A DNA stretch of 64,000 bases. It comes from Verrucomicrobiota bacterium (lineage in GTDB: Bacteria; Verrucomicrobiota; Verrucomicrobiia; Opitutales; Coraliomargaritaceae). Below are positions 1 through 12,795 of this stretch, in pieces. The position numbers and the translations under genes were made by a program. The DNA lies in assembly GCA_039815375.1 (NCBI GenBank), contig JBCBZJ010000003.1:64001-128000 (forward strand), in the 5' to 3' direction. Each line of letters opens with the position of its first letter. Within the stretch, counting starts at the first letter, position 1. A model generated the notes under the pieces. The model saw only the letters and a program-made list of their open reading frames with translations, was not told the DNA's origin and searched no databases.

Positions 1-202
1 TGCCTGCCTAGCCAGCGGTCACCTATGTTTACCCTTACTGAGCCTTCAGTTGGCTAGCACCTTACTCATCCTATCGTGTAACCCGAAATGGACTCGACGT
101 TCTCTCCAGAAATACTCATCTTAGGGAGTAGTGTGCAATTTTGGCACAAATTAGCCTCGGGTCCTTCTATTTTACGCTTAATATCGAAAAATAGCATTGA
201 TC

Positions 203-217
203 TGGCATATGAATGGC
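203..217 (+). promoter_or_regulatory. Putative sigma54 (-24/-12) promoter for the porin gene
   Basis: TGGCATATGAATGGC has GG-N10-GC spacing and lies ~53 nt upstream of the ATG at 270. Confidence 0.55.
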
Positions 218-269
218 TTATTCAGTCAACCCGCCGAATAGGCATAAACAAACAAATAACTACAAACTA

Positions 270-1190
270 ATGAAAAACAAGACTACATATATCCTCGCTG
301 GTGCTGTCTTCGCGGCATCTACAGCAAGTGCCGAGATTCCTCTTACAGATGATCTTAGCGCATATGGTTACATCGACGTTGTTGGTATTGCCGGTGACGA
401 CGAGTTTACCTCGATCGACAACGCTCTTGTAGCGGAATTCGAACTCGGATTCTCCTTCACCCCGGTTGATAGCCAATGGTCCGCCGTTGCTGAGCTTTCC
501 TTTAACGGAACAGACAACAACTTCGGTGCAGATAACTTTGATTTCGAAACTGTAACAATTACTTATGCTTACAGTGACGAGCTCTCCTTCACTGTTGGTA
601 ACATCCTCAGCTACCAGGGCTTCGAAACTTTCGATGCGACCGGTCTTTACCAGTTCAGCTACCTTGGTGTCTTTGGTAATCCCGTTTACACTGCAGGTTA
701 CTGGGTTGGCGCTTCTATTGACTACGTAACTGATGCTTATGCAGCTGGTGTCTGGGTTGGTGATAACAACGCCGAAGATGCAAGCTGGGAAATCTTCCTC
801 CAGTATACTGGCATAGAAGGTCTTACCGCATCGTTCATCTATGCAGATGATCCAGATTACGAAACCATCAACCCATGGATCAGCTACGAGATCGACGCAT
901 TTACTTTCGCAGTTGAGTATGTCGACAATGAATTCTCGAATGGTGTGGAGCAAGATTTCCTCATGCTTCTTGCATACTACTCCTTCGGTGATGCAGGTAT
1001 TACAGTCCGCTTCACCGATGGTGACAACGGTGGCGTCAGTGGTGTTGATGACTTCAAGCGCTACACGATCTCTCCAAGCTATTCATTCTCTGACAATGTA
1101 CTTGGTCTCCTTGAATATTCCGTCGACGATATCGATGGATCTTTGGGTACGGTCGACCAATACGCAGCAGAACTCATCTTCACCTTCTAA
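270..1190 (+). CDS. Outer-membrane beta-barrel porin (putative urea/amide porin)
   Basis: Signal peptide (MKNKTTYILAGAVFAASTASA), alternating aromatic beta-strands, C-terminal Phe (ELIFTF); upstream of the urt operon; start taken at ATG 270 rather than 213. Confidence 0.8.
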   Translation: MKNKTTYILAGAVFAASTASAEIPLTDDLSAYGYIDVVGIAGDDEFTSIDNALVAEFELGFSFTPVDSQWSAVAELSFNGTDNNFGADNFDFETVTITYAYSDELSFTVGNILSYQGFETFDATGLYQFSYLGVFGNPVYTAGYWVGASIDYVTDAYAAGVWVGDNNAEDASWEIFLQYTGIEGLTASFIYADDPDYETINPWISYEIDAFTFAVEYVDNEFSNGVEQDFLMLLAYYSFGDAGITVRFTDGDNGGVSGVDDFKRYTISPSYSFSDNVLGLLEYSVDDIDGSLGTVDQYAAELIFTF

Positions 1191-1221
1191 GTTAAAAACT
1201 TAGTATTGCATTTCAATCTCT

Positions 1222-1250
1222 GGGAGCCCTTATAAGGGGCTCCCTTTTTT
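1222..1250 (+). terminator. Rho-independent terminator
   Basis: gggagccc(t)-tataag-gggctccc stem-loop followed by a T run. Confidence 0.8.
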
Positions 1251-1263
1251 ATATAGAAGCACG

Positions 1264-1779
1264 ATGAAACGACTCTTACTGATCCTACCGCTTAGCATGA
1301 TCGCCTCATTGTCCTCTTTAGCACAAGAGGTCACTCGAGAGGAGTTCAATACTTTACTACAACGGATTGATGCGCTCGAAAGAGGATTGAGCAGCGCACG
1401 TAATCTTCAGATGGAATCTCTCGCGACGGAGGCCATTAGCCAGATGCCGGAGAGTCAGGTTGCAGGCGAGAGCCGCGAATCGCTTATTGAAGAAGTGGTC
1501 ACCCGCATCCAGAAGCGTGAGGAAAGCGTCAACTATCCCTGGATGGAGCTGACGCAATGGGACGGCGTCCGCAAGCGCATGTCCTCCGAACAGGTGATTG
1601 AAATTCTGGGCCCTCCGACCCTTGACGAGCCTTCGCTTCACAAACGCAAGGACCGAGTCTTTACCTGGCAAGGGCGCCGCGTGGCTACAGGTGAGAGAGT
1701 CGAGGCGATTATTCGTTTCTATAAGAACAAAGTCATCGAAATCGAGCCGCCCGGGGACAAGAAACCATTTGTTTTCTAA
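1264..1779 (+). CDS. Secreted hypothetical protein with coiled coil and SmpA/BamE-like C-terminal motif
   Basis: Signal peptide; VRKRMSSEQVIEILGPP resembles the SmpA/OmlA GM(S/T)xxQVxxILGxP motif. Confidence 0.6.
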   Translation: MKRLLLILPLSMIASLSSLAQEVTREEFNTLLQRIDALERGLSSARNLQMESLATEAISQMPESQVAGESRESLIEEVVTRIQKREESVNYPWMELTQWDGVRKRMSSEQVIEILGPPTLDEPSLHKRKDRVFTWQGRRVATGERVEAIIRFYKNKVIEIEPPGDKKPFVF

Positions 1780-1802
1780 TTCTCGCCGATTATCTTTTGT
1801 CG

Positions 1803-1829
1803 AAGCCCTCAGGAAACTGAGGGCTTTTT
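1803..1829 (+). terminator. Rho-independent terminator
   Basis: aagccctcag-gaaa-ctgagggctt then TTT. Confidence 0.8.
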
Positions 1830-1845
1830 CGTGTAATTGGCGGCC

Positions 1846-1861
1846 TTGGCATGAAAGCTGC
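1846..1861 (+). promoter_or_regulatory. Putative sigma54 promoter of the urt-ure operon
   Basis: TTGGCATGAAAGCTGC closely matches the TGGCAY-N5-YTGC consensus, ~62 nt before urtA. Confidence 0.7.
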
Positions 1862-1923
1862 CTCATACTCCGTTGGGTAATATCCCCAATAACAACAACA
1901 ATCATAAAAAACTAGCTATCTAA

Positions 1924-3183
<1,260 letters not shown>

Positions 3184-3237
3184 GTCTGGAAACCTCTGGT
3201 TTTCAGGATAATTTAAACAATATCGTTTTGTTGAAGC

Positions 3238-3277
3238 GTGCTCGTAGGGAGTTTCTTCCCTGCGAGCACCATTTTTT
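3238..3277 (+). terminator. Stem-loop/terminator after urtA
   Basis: gtgctcgtagggag-tttc-ttccctgcgagcac followed by cattttttt; may tune SBP versus permease stoichiometry. Confidence 0.65.
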
Positions 3278-3362
3278 AGGCGATTGATTTCAGCCTTATT
3301 ACCGATTGGAGTTGGATCCCTCCTATCGGGTGGTCTGATGCAATCAGTGATCTATCACAGTT

Positions 3363-4994
3363 ATGTATCTACGCATTTGCCTCCTTCTACTTTTGTTCAG
3401 TATCGCAGGTTCGCCAATATGGGCGGAGCGGGATGCCCGCGCGGTGTTTGCAGATATAATTATGGCAGAGAAGGAGGATCAGGAGGCACTTGTCGAAGAA
3501 TTGGGTCAGTTTGGTGATGATTACATCAAGGATATTTATGAGGCATGGCGAACTGGCGGAGTCTATTCCATATCGAGAGCAGACCAAACCTTGGTTCTCC
3601 AGTTTACTGAAGAGCAGCAGTGGCAGAGCGTGCGTAGCGGTGAAATTATTCAGCTAACTGAGGAAGAAGCGGCTGCGGCAGAAAAAGAAAGACCAGCTCG
3701 ATCCCTGCGTCGCATGATGAAGAGCATTATCGATACTCTCGGCCTGAAGTCCGACGATTCCGCAGTTCGTATTGACTCTGCAATTAAAATGGGGCGCAGC
3801 CAGGACGCTGATTTCCTGTCTGCACTGAAGGGCCGGCTCGAAGTCGAGGATTCCAAGGATGTGAAGTTGGCCTTGCGCGAGGCGATTGCGATTAGCTTGC
3901 TGGCTAATGGCAGTGAAGAAGAAATTCTGGCATCCATCGCTGAGCTTGAGGAACTCAAGTCGATACCTTCCCGGGCGTTTCTTGAAAAGGTTCTAGAAAG
4001 TGAGGTAGCTGCTGAACGTGCCGAAAGTCCTCTCGCCAGTGCATGCAAAGAAGCACTGGTAACCATTGAGAGCCATATCAAGCGTTTGGAATTTTTCGGT
4101 AGCTTTTTCCGCGGGATGAGCACCGGCTCGGTTCTATTGATCGTTTCTTTTGGGCTGGCGATCACCTTTGGTTTGATGGGGATCATCAATATGGCCCACG
4201 GAGAGTTTGTCGCGATCGGTGGCTACACCACTTTTATGGTGCAGCAGTTTTTCATTAATACTTTTGGTCTGACGAGTTCTACCTTTGGCTGGTATTTTAT
4301 TGTCTCGTTGCCGCTCAGTTTTCTGGTTGCAGCTGGCTTGGGTCTGATTCTTGAGAAGTCCGTTATTCGTTTCCTCTATCGACGTCCATTGGAGTCCTTA
4401 TTGTGCACTTGGGGGATTTCAATGGTGATGCAGCAATCTTTTCGTCTGATTTTCGGAGCAGCGAATGTTCAGGTGAATAATCCGACTTGGCTGATGGGTA
4501 ATCTTAGCTTTGGCGGTTTTCAGATGAGCTACACCCGCTTGTTTATTTTGTTGTTGGCGATCGTGGTGGTCATTCTCACTTGGCTCCTTCTTCGTCGAAC
4601 GAATCTGGGCTTGCACATTCGTGCGGTCATGCAGAACCGAAGTATGGCGAGTAGTCTGGGTATACCCGTTGCGCGGGTAAATTCGATGACTTTTGCGTTG
4701 GGTTGCGGTTTGGCCGCCTTGGGTGGTGCTGCACTTTCTCAAATCGGGAACGTAGGCCCATCAATGGGCCAGGCGTATATCGTCGATTGCTTTATGGTCG
4801 TCGTGATCGGGAGCGTGGGGAACTTGCTGGGCGCAGGTCTTTCGGCCATGGGTATCGGTCTTTCGGATCAACTTCTCCAACCTTATTTGGGGCCGGTTAT
4901 GGGTAAGATAACTGTCTTCGCGATTATCATTCTTTTCCTACAATGGCGACCTGGCGGGATCTTTCCGACCAAGTCACGCAGCCTTGAAGATTAA
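3363..4994 (+). CDS. urtB: Urea ABC transporter permease UrtB
   Basis: Periplasmic N-domain plus [28 protein letters not shown] and [10 protein letters not shown] motifs. Confidence 0.95.
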   Translation: MYLRICLLLLLFSIAGSPIWAERDARAVFADIIMAEKEDQEALVEELGQFGDDYIKDIYEAWRTGGVYSISRADQTLVLQFTEEQQWQSVRSGEIIQLTEEEAAAAEKERPARSLRRMMKSIIDTLGLKSDDSAVRIDSAIKMGRSQDADFLSALKGRLEVEDSKDVKLALREAIAISLLANGSEEEILASIAELEELKSIPSRAFLEKVLESEVAAERAESPLASACKEALVTIESHIKRLEFFGSFFRGMSTGSVLLIVSFGLAITFGLMGIINMAHGEFVAIGGYTTFMVQQFFINTFGLTSSTFGWYFIVSLPLSFLVAAGLGLILEKSVIRFLYRRPLESLLCTWGISMVMQQSFRLIFGAANVQVNNPTWLMGNLSFGGFQMSYTRLFILLLAIVVVILTWLLLRRTNLGLHIRAVMQNRSMASSLGIPVARVNSMTFALGCGLAALGGAALSQIGNVGPSMGQAYIVDCFMVVVIGSVGNLLGAGLSAMGIGLSDQLLQPYLGPVMGKITVFAIIILFLQWRPGGIFPTKSRSLED

Positions 4995-5018
4995 TGCCTT
5001 TATTCCCGGGGTTCACGT

Positions 5019-6128
5019 ATGCTTAATGCTGAAAACAAAAAAGAGGTAGGCATCTTCGGTCTGGTTTTAGGCCTGCTGATGTTGCTCCCCGTCTTCAATG
5101 CATGGGGTCCTGATGAAGGCTTGGGTTCGGTCAGCTCCTTCCAGGTCTCCCTCTGGGGTAAATATCTGACCTTCGCTATTTTGGCGATGAGCCTGAATTT
5201 ACTTTGGGGCTACACTGGACTGCTTTGCCTTTGCCAAAGTCTCTTCTTTGCCTTGGGTGGCTATGCAATGGGCATGTATTTGATGCTCATGATTGGAACT
5301 CGTGGAGCCTATAAGAGCGAGCTCCCCGATTTCATGGTCTTTCTTGGCTACCAGGATCTCCCGCCTCATTGGGGGCCTTTCAATAACTTCTGGTTCGCCT
5401 CCGGTGCGGTGCTTTGGGTGCCCGGAGTCGTTGCCTTCATTTTTGGATTTCTTGCCTTCCGCTCGCGAATCAAAGGAGTCTACTTTTCAATTTTGACGCA
5501 GGCACTGACCTATGCCGCCTGTCTCATGTTTTTTCGGAACGACTTTACCTTCGGTGGCAATAACGGGTTTACCGATTTTAAAGATATCCTCGGCTATGAT
5601 TTGAACGCCGAAGGGACCACTCGGGGCTTGTTTATCGCGACTGTCATTTTACTGGGAATCACGTATTGGATTACTTCCGGTTTACTGTCTTCAAAACTCG
5701 GTAAAGTTCAGCAAGCCATTCGCGACTCTGAGAATCGGGTGCTTTTCTCCGGCTACTCTACAACAAGCTACAAACTGGTTATTTTCGTATTGTCTGCGAT
5801 GATTGCCGGTGCAGCGGGAGCGCTCTATGTGCCTCAAGTCGGAGGCATTAACCCCAGCCTCATGGACGCAACAAAATCCCTCGAGGTCGTCGTCTGGGTT
5901 GCTGTCGGGGGTCGCGGCACGAAATGGGGACCAGTTATCGGAGCGGTTTTAGTCAACTATCTCAAGAGCTACACGACTCAAGCCTTCCCGGATTACTGGC
6001 TTATCATGATGGGCGGAATGTTCGTCTTCGTCGTGCTTTTCATGCCGGATGGTATTGTTGGTGTATTCAAGCAAGCCAAGGCCTACATTGCGCAGAAGCG
6101 GTCACTTCAAACTTCAGCAGCTGCCTAG
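5019..6128 (+). CDS. urtC: Urea ABC transporter permease UrtC
   Basis: [33 protein letters not shown] and WVAVGGRGT motifs. Confidence 0.95.
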   Translation: MLNAENKKEVGIFGLVLGLLMLLPVFNAWGPDEGLGSVSSFQVSLWGKYLTFAILAMSLNLLWGYTGLLCLCQSLFFALGGYAMGMYLMLMIGTRGAYKSELPDFMVFLGYQDLPPHWGPFNNFWFASGAVLWVPGVVAFIFGFLAFRSRIKGVYFSILTQALTYAACLMFFRNDFTFGGNNGFTDFKDILGYDLNAEGTTRGLFIATVILLGITYWITSGLLSSKLGKVQQAIRDSENRVLFSGYSTTSYKLVIFVLSAMIAGAAGALYVPQVGGINPSLMDATKSLEVVVWVAVGGRGTKWGPVIGAVLVNYLKSYTTQAFPDYWLIMMGGMFVFVVLFMPDGIVGVFKQAKAYIAQKRSLQTSAAA

Positions 6129-6132
6129 AACG

Positions 6133-6942
6133 ATGACGACTCAGCATCACGACCCACTCTACCGCGATACCCCGCTCATCCTCTCTGTTAGTGGTGTGAC
6201 GAAGGCTTTTGACGGCTTCAAGGCGATCGACGATCTCAACTTCTACCTCGAGGAGGGTGAGCTGCGCACGATCATTGGCCCCAACGGTGCCGGCAAGAGT
6301 ACGTTCATGGATATTATCACCGGCCGGACGCGTCCGGACGTGGGCTCTGTCACGCTCCATGAAGGGGACGGTCACGATGTGAATCTCGCCAAGCTGAAGG
6401 AGTATGAAATTAACCGGCTTGGGATCGGCCGTAAGTTCCAGACGCCATCCATCTACAAGTCTCACACCGTTTACGACAATATTGTCCTTTCCCTGAACAA
6501 GGACCGTGGTGTTTTCAAAACGCTTTTCTACCGTGAGTCTCAAGAAGACCGTGATCGCATTATGGAAGTGCTCAAGACTGTCCGCCTGGATGGGCGAGCC
6601 AAGGATCTGGCAGGGATGCTCTCCCATGGACAAAAGCAGTGGCTCGAAATTGCCATGCTCCTTGCCCAAGATCCTCGTATTCTCCTAATTGATGAGCCTG
6701 CCGCCGGCATGAGTGACGAAGAGACGGAGCGGACCGGGGAGTTGCTTCTCAGCCTCGAAAAGAAGCACAGCCTTATCGTGATTGAGCATGATATGGAGTT
6801 TATCCGCCAGATCGCTCGCAAGGTTACGGTTTTGCATCAGGGCCATGTTCTCAAGGATGGCAGTTTCGAGCACGTCAAGGCCGACCCGGAAGTCATTGAA
6901 GTCTATCTGGGGCGCCAAGGTAAAAAGACTGAAAACAACTAG
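6133..6942 (+). CDS. urtD: Urea ABC transporter ATP-binding protein UrtD
   Basis: Walker A GPNGAGKS, GIGRKFQ, LSHGQKQWLEI; start at ATG 6133 just after the urtC stop. Confidence 0.93.
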   Translation: MTTQHHDPLYRDTPLILSVSGVTKAFDGFKAIDDLNFYLEEGELRTIIGPNGAGKSTFMDIITGRTRPDVGSVTLHEGDGHDVNLAKLKEYEINRLGIGRKFQTPSIYKSHTVYDNIVLSLNKDRGVFKTLFYRESQEDRDRIMEVLKTVRLDGRAKDLAGMLSHGQKQWLEIAMLLAQDPRILLIDEPAAGMSDEETERTGELLLSLEKKHSLIVIEHDMEFIRQIARKVTVLHQGHVLKDGSFEHVKADPEVIEVYLGRQGKKTENN

Positions 6943-6952
6943 ATTGCCTGAC

Positions 6953-7684
6953 ATGATTTCTGAAGCTGAAGCGCCCAAATCTGATCCTCTACTCTCCGTA
7001 GAAGGGCTCAAGGCGAGCTATGACGAGTCTATCATTCTTCGTAGCATCGATATGATCGTGCCGAAGAACTCGGTGGTGGCACTACTCGGTCGCAATGGAG
7101 TCGGTAAGACCTCCTTGCTACGCAGCATCATGGGCTTAATGCCGCGGACGGAGGGAGTCATATCCTTTGAAGGAAAGCCCATCGAATCCCTACGCTCTGA
7201 CCAGCGTGCACGGATGGGACTCGGCTACGTGCCCCAGGGGCGCGATATTTTTCCTAACTTAACGGTGCGGGAAAACCTCGAAGTCAGCCTCAGCATTGCA
7301 GGTAAGGCAGGGAAAGAACGCCTTGAACAAGTGTATGAACTTTTTCCCGTTGTTAAGGAAATGCTGGGCCGCAAAGGCGGCGTGCTTTCCGGCGGCCAGC
7401 AACAACAGCTTGCAATTGGACGTGCGCTTCTGACTAATCCTAAGTTGCTCATCCTGGATGAACCAACAGAGGGTATCCAGCCTTCGATTATCGACCAGAT
7501 CGAAGATGCAATTCACGCCCTCAAAAAAGAAGGTGACTTGAGTATTATATTGGTTGAGCAATACCTCGATTTCGCCAAGGCTGCGAGTGATACCTATTAC
7601 ATCCTTGATCGCGGTAGTGTAGTCCAGTCCGGAGAATCGGAGAACCTAACCGCCGAGATTATCGAAAAATACCTTACCGTTTAA
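6953..7684 (+). CDS. urtE: Urea ABC transporter ATP-binding protein UrtE
   Basis: GRNGVGKT, YVPQGRDIFP, LSGGQQQQ and LDEPTEGIQPSII; start at ATG 6953. Confidence 0.93.
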   Translation: MISEAEAPKSDPLLSVEGLKASYDESIILRSIDMIVPKNSVVALLGRNGVGKTSLLRSIMGLMPRTEGVISFEGKPIESLRSDQRARMGLGYVPQGRDIFPNLTVRENLEVSLSIAGKAGKERLEQVYELFPVVKEMLGRKGGVLSGGQQQQLAIGRALLTNPKLLILDEPTEGIQPSIIDQIEDAIHALKKEGDLSIILVEQYLDFAKAASDTYYILDRGSVVQSGESENLTAEIIEKYLTV

Positions 7685-7695
7685 TCTGAGCTACC

Positions 7696-7998
7696 ATGCA
7701 ACTCACCCCGCGCGAACGAGATAAACTGATGATTGTGGTCGCGGCCGACTTGGCGCGTCGCCGCCAGGCACGTGGCGTAAAGCTGAACCACCCTGAATCA
7801 ATTGCCATCATCACTTACGAGCTTCTAGAGGGTATTCGTGATGGTAAGTCCGTGGCCGACCTGATGAGTTTCGGCACCAGTATTTTAAAGAAAGATGACG
7901 TGATGGAAGGCGTGCCTGAAATGATTCACGAAGTGCAAGTCGAAGGCACCTTTCCCGACGGCACGAAACTAGTCACCGTTCATAATCCAATTCGATGA
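7696..7998 (+). CDS. ureA: Urease subunit gamma
   Basis: [11 protein letters not shown]...[17 protein letters not shown]. Confidence 0.98.
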   Translation: MQLTPRERDKLMIVVAADLARRRQARGVKLNHPESIAIITYELLEGIRDGKSVADLMSFGTSILKKDDVMEGVPEMIHEVQVEGTFPDGTKLVTVHNPIR

Positions 7999-8306
7999 TT
8001 CCCGGCGAATACAAATACTCCGATCCGAATGCCATGATCGCGGCCAATTCCGGGCTTGAGACGATAGTTCTGAAAGTTGCTAACACGGGTGACCGTCCGG
8101 TTCAAATTGGCAGCCATTTTCATTTCTACGAAGTAAATACTGCTCTCAACTTTGACCGTGATGCGGCAAAAGGCTTTCGCTTGAATATCGCTGCAGGCAC
8201 CGCGGTTCGTTTCGAGCCGGGCGACGTCCGTGAGGTTGAGTTAGTCGCCCTCGCCGGCGCTCGCCAGGTCTATGGCTTGAATAACCGTGTTGATGGCTCG
8301 CTCTAG
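7995..8306 (+). CDS. ureB: Urease subunit beta
   Basis: MIPGE...[19 protein letters not shown]...GTAVRFEPG. Confidence 0.98.
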   Translation: MIPGEYKYSDPNAMIAANSGLETIVLKVANTGDRPVQIGSHFHFYEVNTALNFDRDAAKGFRLNIAAGTAVRFEPGDVREVELVALAGARQVYGLNNRVDGSL

Positions 8307-8339
8307 TCTTTAATCCTATACCATAACCCATTTTTCCTT

Positions 8340-10073
8340 ATGAGCCTAGAATTTACCCACCGGCAGTATGCGGAAATGTTTGGCCCGACCGTGGGTGACC
8401 AGGTTCGCCTGGCGGATACAGAACTCTTTATTGAAATTGAGAAAGACCTTATCGCTGAAGGAGGAGGCTACGGCAACGAAGTGAAGTTCGGCGGCGGAAA
8501 AGTCATTCGCGACGGCATGGGGCAGTCCCCTCTGGCGACTGGTTCGGATTGCCTCGATCTGGTTTTAACCAACGCAACCATTATCGACCCGATCCTCGGG
8601 GTGATCAAAGCCGACATTGGCGTGAAGGATGGTCGTATTGCCGGTGTTGGCCATGCCGGTAACCCCTTAATTCAAGACGGCATCGCGGAGGGCATGGTTA
8701 TTGGCGCAGGCACCGAGGTTATCGCGGCCGAAGGGCACATTGTCACAGCAGGTGGCTTTGACTCACATATTCACTTTATTTGCCCGCAACAGATTGAAGA
8801 AGCGCTAACAAGTGGAGTCACGACCATGACCGGTGGAGGGACAGGCCCAGCCACTGGAACGAATGCGACGACCTGCACGCCGGGTGCATGGAACATCGCT
8901 AGGATGCTGGAAGCGGCGGAGCAGTTTCCCATGAACCTTGGTTTCATGGGTAAGGGGAATGCTTCGAACCTGGAGGCTCTTCGGGAGCAGGTCGATGCCG
9001 GTGCGATGGGGCTAAAGTTGCATGAGGACTGGGGCACCACGCCGAGCGCGATTGATCACTGTCTTACCGTGGCTGACGAGCTGGATGTTCAAGTGGCGAT
9101 CCATACGGATACGCTAAACGAATCCGGGTTTGTTGAAACCACGATTGGTGCCTTTAAGGATCGTGTGATCCACACATTCCACTCGGAAGGTGCGGGTGGT
9201 GGCCACGCTCCCGATATCATGAAGGTTTGCAGTCTTCCTAATGTGCTGCCGTCTTCCACAAATCCTACACGACCTTTCACGGTGAATACGATCGATGAGC
9301 ATCTTGATATGCTCATGGTCTGCCACCACCTTGATTCCAAGATTCCTGAAGACGTCGCTTTCGCGGAATCACGTATCCGCCCACAGACGATTGCTGCAGA
9401 AGACATTCTTCATGACCGCGGAGCAATCTCGATTATGTCGAGCGACAGTCAGGCGATGGGGCGGGTTGGTGAAGTACTCATTCGCACCTGGCAAACCGCT
9501 GATAAGATGAAACGTCAGTTCGGTAAACTGGAATCGGAGTCGCATCCTGCTGCGGACAACTTTCGCGTGCTGCGCTACATTGCCAAGTATACGATCAATC
9601 CGGCAATCGCTTGCGGCTGTGCTGCTGAAGTGGGTAGCCTGGAAGTCGGCAAGTTAGCGGATATAGTTCTCTTCAAGCCTGCAATGTTTGGCGTGAAGCC
9701 CGAGCTCGTTGTGAAAGGCGGGTTTATTGCAACGGCCAATATGGGCGATCCGAATGCATCCATCCCAACGCCACAGCCCACTTATTACAGGCCTCAGTTT
9801 GCCTCTTTCGGCGCTGCGCCTGCCAAGACCTCCATTACTTTTGTCAGCAAGTCCGCTTACGAAAGCGGCCTCGGCGAAAAGCTTGGTTTGAAGAAGATGG
9901 TGAAGCCTGTTTCGAACACTCGAACGATTTCAAAGCACGATATGGTCCTCAACGATTCGATGCCCGAGATCGAGATCGACCCGGAAACCTACACGGTGAC
10001 TGCTGATGGTGAGGTCCTTGCCTGTGAGCCTGCGACTGAACTGCCGATGGCACAGCGTTACTTCCTCTTCTAG
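8340..10073 (+). CDS. ureC: Urease subunit alpha
   Basis: [30 protein letters not shown] and SSDSQAMGR Ni-site motifs; ends QRYFLF. Confidence 0.99.
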   Translation: MSLEFTHRQYAEMFGPTVGDQVRLADTELFIEIEKDLIAEGGGYGNEVKFGGGKVIRDGMGQSPLATGSDCLDLVLTNATIIDPILGVIKADIGVKDGRIAGVGHAGNPLIQDGIAEGMVIGAGTEVIAAEGHIVTAGGFDSHIHFICPQQIEEALTSGVTTMTGGGTGPATGTNATTCTPGAWNIARMLEAAEQFPMNLGFMGKGNASNLEALREQVDAGAMGLKLHEDWGTTPSAIDHCLTVADELDVQVAIHTDTLNESGFVETTIGAFKDRVIHTFHSEGAGGGHAPDIMKVCSLPNVLPSSTNPTRPFTVNTIDEHLDMLMVCHHLDSKIPEDVAFAESRIRPQTIAAEDILHDRGAISIMSSDSQAMGRVGEVLIRTWQTADKMKRQFGKLESESHPAADNFRVLRYIAKYTINPAIACGCAAEVGSLEVGKLADIVLFKPAMFGVKPELVVKGGFIATANMGDPNASIPTPQPTYYRPQFASFGAAPAKTSITFVSKSAYESGLGEKLGLKKMVKPVSNTRTISKHDMVLNDSMPEIEIDPETYTVTADGEVLACEPATELPMAQRYFLF

Positions 10074-10082
10074 TTACTGATC

Positions 10083-10532
10083 ATGCAATTGGTGACGGAG
10101 AGTCTGCCGCAGGTTTCGGACGATCTTGAGCGTGTCCTGTTGATTGTGGATCGGCATAAGTTGGCTCGTAAAAGATGGCGTGGCGTAGCCGAAGATGGAA
10201 CAGATTTTGGGTTCGATGTGATCGAAGCCTTGTCGCATGGTGATTGTATCCATATTTCGGATACGAAAGCCTATTTTTTAGAGCAATCGCCGGAGGCCTG
10301 TTTTCTGATTGGTCTTACTGAAGCGAAACATGCGGCCTGGCTGGGCTGGATGATTGGCAATCTGCATTTTAAAGCAGCATTCTCGGATGAAGGGGTCCTT
10401 GTCCAGGACGATCTCGCAGTTGAGCAAATGCTGGAACGAGAACATATTCACTACCATCGGGTGGAGCGTATCTTCAGGCCAAGTAAACAGGGTGGCCATT
10501 CACATAATCATCACCACGACCATAGCCACTAA
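10083..10532 (+). CDS. ureE: Urease accessory protein UreE
   Basis: IGNLH Ni-binding motif; His-rich C-terminus HSHNHHHDHSH. Confidence 0.9.
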   Translation: MQLVTESLPQVSDDLERVLLIVDRHKLARKRWRGVAEDGTDFGFDVIEALSHGDCIHISDTKAYFLEQSPEACFLIGLTEAKHAAWLGWMIGNLHFKAAFSDEGVLVQDDLAVEQMLEREHIHYHRVERIFRPSKQGGHSHNHHHDHSH

Positions 10533-10533
10533 G

Positions 10534-11241
10534 ATGAGTGAACGTACTTGTGACGAGAGCTGGGTGCCTGCGCTGCTTCAAATCTCAGACCCGCTCTTCC
10601 CGACAGGTGCCTATGCCCACTCAATGGGCCTGGAGCAATGGGCTGCAACTTGTGGCTACCGTTCAGGCGAAGATCTGACCGCTTTTTTTAAAACACATGC
10701 GGGGCCTTCCTTGGCTCGCTTGGAACTTCCCTATCTGCGAGAGCTCCGCAGAGCAGCTTCTGATGGCTTATGGGAGCAGGTCTTCGAACTGGAGTCCATG
10801 GTCGACGCGTGGAAGTGGTCGGCAGAGCTTCGTGAGGCGAGTGTCGCTCAAGGCCGTGGAAGATTGAGATTGCTGAAGAAAATCTGGCCGGAATCGATGG
10901 CGTTGGAACGCTATAGCAAGGCTCGCTCGGAGGGGCTTGTTCCAGGGCACCATCTGACGGTGTCGGCTATTCAGTTTGATCTCCTCAATGTTCCCGAGAG
11001 GGAAAGTTTTATGGCCTATGGGTATCAGAGTCTGGCAAATTTCGTTTCTGCTTCTGTGAAGCTCTTGAGAATTAGTCCGGAATCAGCCCAGTTGGCATTA
11101 CATGCGGGGCTGGCGGAGCTACCAGAGTGGGTGCGCCTTTCCGAAGAAGTAGAGCTGGCCGACGCTGGCTGGTTTGCACCGGCCTTCGATATTGCCTCGG
11201 CTAGACATGCAACGGCATTTTCGAGACTCTTTATATCATGA
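10534..11241 (+). CDS. ureF: Urease accessory protein UreF
   Basis: [20 protein letters not shown] and C-terminal SRLFIS; start at ATG 10534. Confidence 0.92.
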   Translation: MSERTCDESWVPALLQISDPLFPTGAYAHSMGLEQWAATCGYRSGEDLTAFFKTHAGPSLARLELPYLRELRRAASDGLWEQVFELESMVDAWKWSAELREASVAQGRGRLRLLKKIWPESMALERYSKARSEGLVPGHHLTVSAIQFDLLNVPERESFMAYGYQSLANFVSASVKLLRISPESAQLALHAGLAELPEWVRLSEEVELADAGWFAPAFDIASARHATAFSRLFIS

Positions 11242-11867
11242 TTGATAGACCTACTCCACGTCCTGTTCGAATTGGTATCGGAGGTCCAGTCGGCTCCGGT
11301 AAGACGATGCTTCTCCTGCGACTCATTGAGAAGCTTCATGAGAAATACTCTCTCGTTGCCATCACCAACGATATTTATACGAAGGAAGATGAACAGTTTC
11401 TTGTTAATAACAGCTCGCTCGAGTCGGGGCGTGTCTTAGGAGTAGAGACTGGCGGTTGTCCGCATACGGCAATTCGCGACGATACGAGTATGAACGAGGT
11501 GGCAGTCGAAGACTTGGTTACCAACTATCCCGATACTCAGGTTGTTCTCATCGAGAGCGGTGGCGATAATCTTTCAGCGACATTTTCGCCGGATTTGGTG
11601 GATGCCTTTATCTATGTGATTGATGTGGCGGAAGGTGATAAGATTCCTCGCAAGGGCGGCCCGGCAATCAGATTTTCTGATCTGATGATCATCAATAAGA
11701 CCGACCTTGCCCCACTGGTTGGTGCAGACCTTTCTGTGATGGAGCGGGACTCCAAGCTAATGCGAGAAGAGCGCCCATTTGTTTTTTGTGACCTTAAGAG
11801 CTACAAAGGTCTGGATGATGTTGTTGCCTGGTTGGAGAAAGAGTGCTTTTTCGCCATAGGAACCTGA
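11238..11867 (+). CDS. ureG: Urease accessory GTPase UreG
   Basis: [25 protein letters not shown] and NKTD motifs. Confidence 0.97.
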   Translation: MIDRPTPRPVRIGIGGPVGSGKTMLLLRLIEKLHEKYSLVAITNDIYTKEDEQFLVNNSSLESGRVLGVETGGCPHTAIRDDTSMNEVAVEDLVTNYPDTQVVLIESGGDNLSATFSPDLVDAFIYVIDVAEGDKIPRKGGPAIRFSDLMIINKTDLAPLVGADLSVMERDSKLMREERPFVFCDLKSYKGLDDVVAWLEKECFFAIGT

Positions 11868-12715
11868 TGTTGACTGATGAGACAGTTCGCGACGCGGTTC
11901 GTGGTGGCCTTCGCCTTCGGTATGAGGTAAGTGGGGAGGCCGAAACAAATCTTGCTCAACAATGGGTTCGTCCCCCGATGCACCTGGCTAAGGTTTACCA
12001 TGAAGACGGCTGGGCGACGAATCTCCTGACCAGTCCGACTGCAGGCCTTCTCTCAGGAGACCTATTGGAAGTGGACGTTGAACTTGGTCCCGATACCAGG
12101 GTTGCACTAATCAGTCCTGCCGCCTGCAGGGTCCACACCATGGAAACAGGTCACGCTGAAGTCGTCCAGCATTACAGTGTCGGGGAAAACGCGACGCTCG
12201 ATGTTTGGCCGGCTCCAATCATGCTTCAGGCTGGGGCTTCTTTAAAGCAAACGACCCGCTTGGATGTTGCCGCTTCAGCGCAGGTTTTATTCTGTGAAAT
12301 CGTCTCGCCGGGCCGTGCGGCACATGGCGAAAGCTTTGCTTTTGAGAGCTGGCGTTCCCGATTCGAGATTTATTGTGGGGGCAAACTCAGTAACTTGGAA
12401 AATTTTGATTGTAGACCTGCATTCGGTGATGCCGAGAACTGGAAGAAACTTTATCCCAACGCCAGTTATGCCTGTATCTACCTCTTGGCGGAGGACTGTT
12501 CAGAACAAATCGTTCATCTGGCTCACAAGCTGGAAACACCAGATGCAGCACTTGGTGCGAGTATGCTCAATCGCGGTGGAGTCAGTTTTAAAGTCCTCGC
12601 AGGCGATGGTATCGCTCTGCGCAAATGCATTTTTCAGTTGCGCGAACTCGCTGCGCGCGAGCTGGAAATTTCCTTGCCAAGAACTGTCAGGCGCGCCCAG
12701 ACCTTCTTTTACTAG
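11867..12715 (+). CDS. ureD: Urease accessory protein UreD
   Basis: SPTAGLLSGD and GRAAHGESF motifs; last gene of the ure operon, overlapping the ureG stop. Confidence 0.88.
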   Translation: MLTDETVRDAVRGGLRLRYEVSGEAETNLAQQWVRPPMHLAKVYHEDGWATNLLTSPTAGLLSGDLLEVDVELGPDTRVALISPAACRVHTMETGHAEVVQHYSVGENATLDVWPAPIMLQAGASLKQTTRLDVAASAQVLFCEIVSPGRAAHGESFAFESWRSRFEIYCGGKLSNLENFDCRPAFGDAENWKKLYPNASYACIYLLAEDCSEQIVHLAHKLETPDAALGASMLNRGGVSFKVLAGDGIALRKCIFQLRELAARELEISLPRTVRRAQTFFY

Positions 12716-12748
12716 CTGAGGAGTGAGACTTGCCAGATAATCGGAAAT

Positions 12749-12782
12749 AAAGCATTTAACTTGACATCAAGCTAAATGCTTT
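12749..12782. promoter_or_regulatory. 34-bp near-perfect palindrome (MarR/MhqR-like operator) containing a TTGACA -35 box
   Basis: aaagcatttaacttga-ca-tcaagctaaatgcttt (one mismatch), 13 nt upstream of the MarR ATG. Confidence 0.65.
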
Positions 12783-12795
12783 CACTTTGTGACCT

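Noticed and set aside
142..155. TGGCAC-containing sigma54 site at 142 (and similarly TGGCACGCAGTGGC near 62805-62818)
   Set aside because: GG-to-GC spacing is 9 nt, not the required 10; neighbouring sites with correct spacing were chosen instead.
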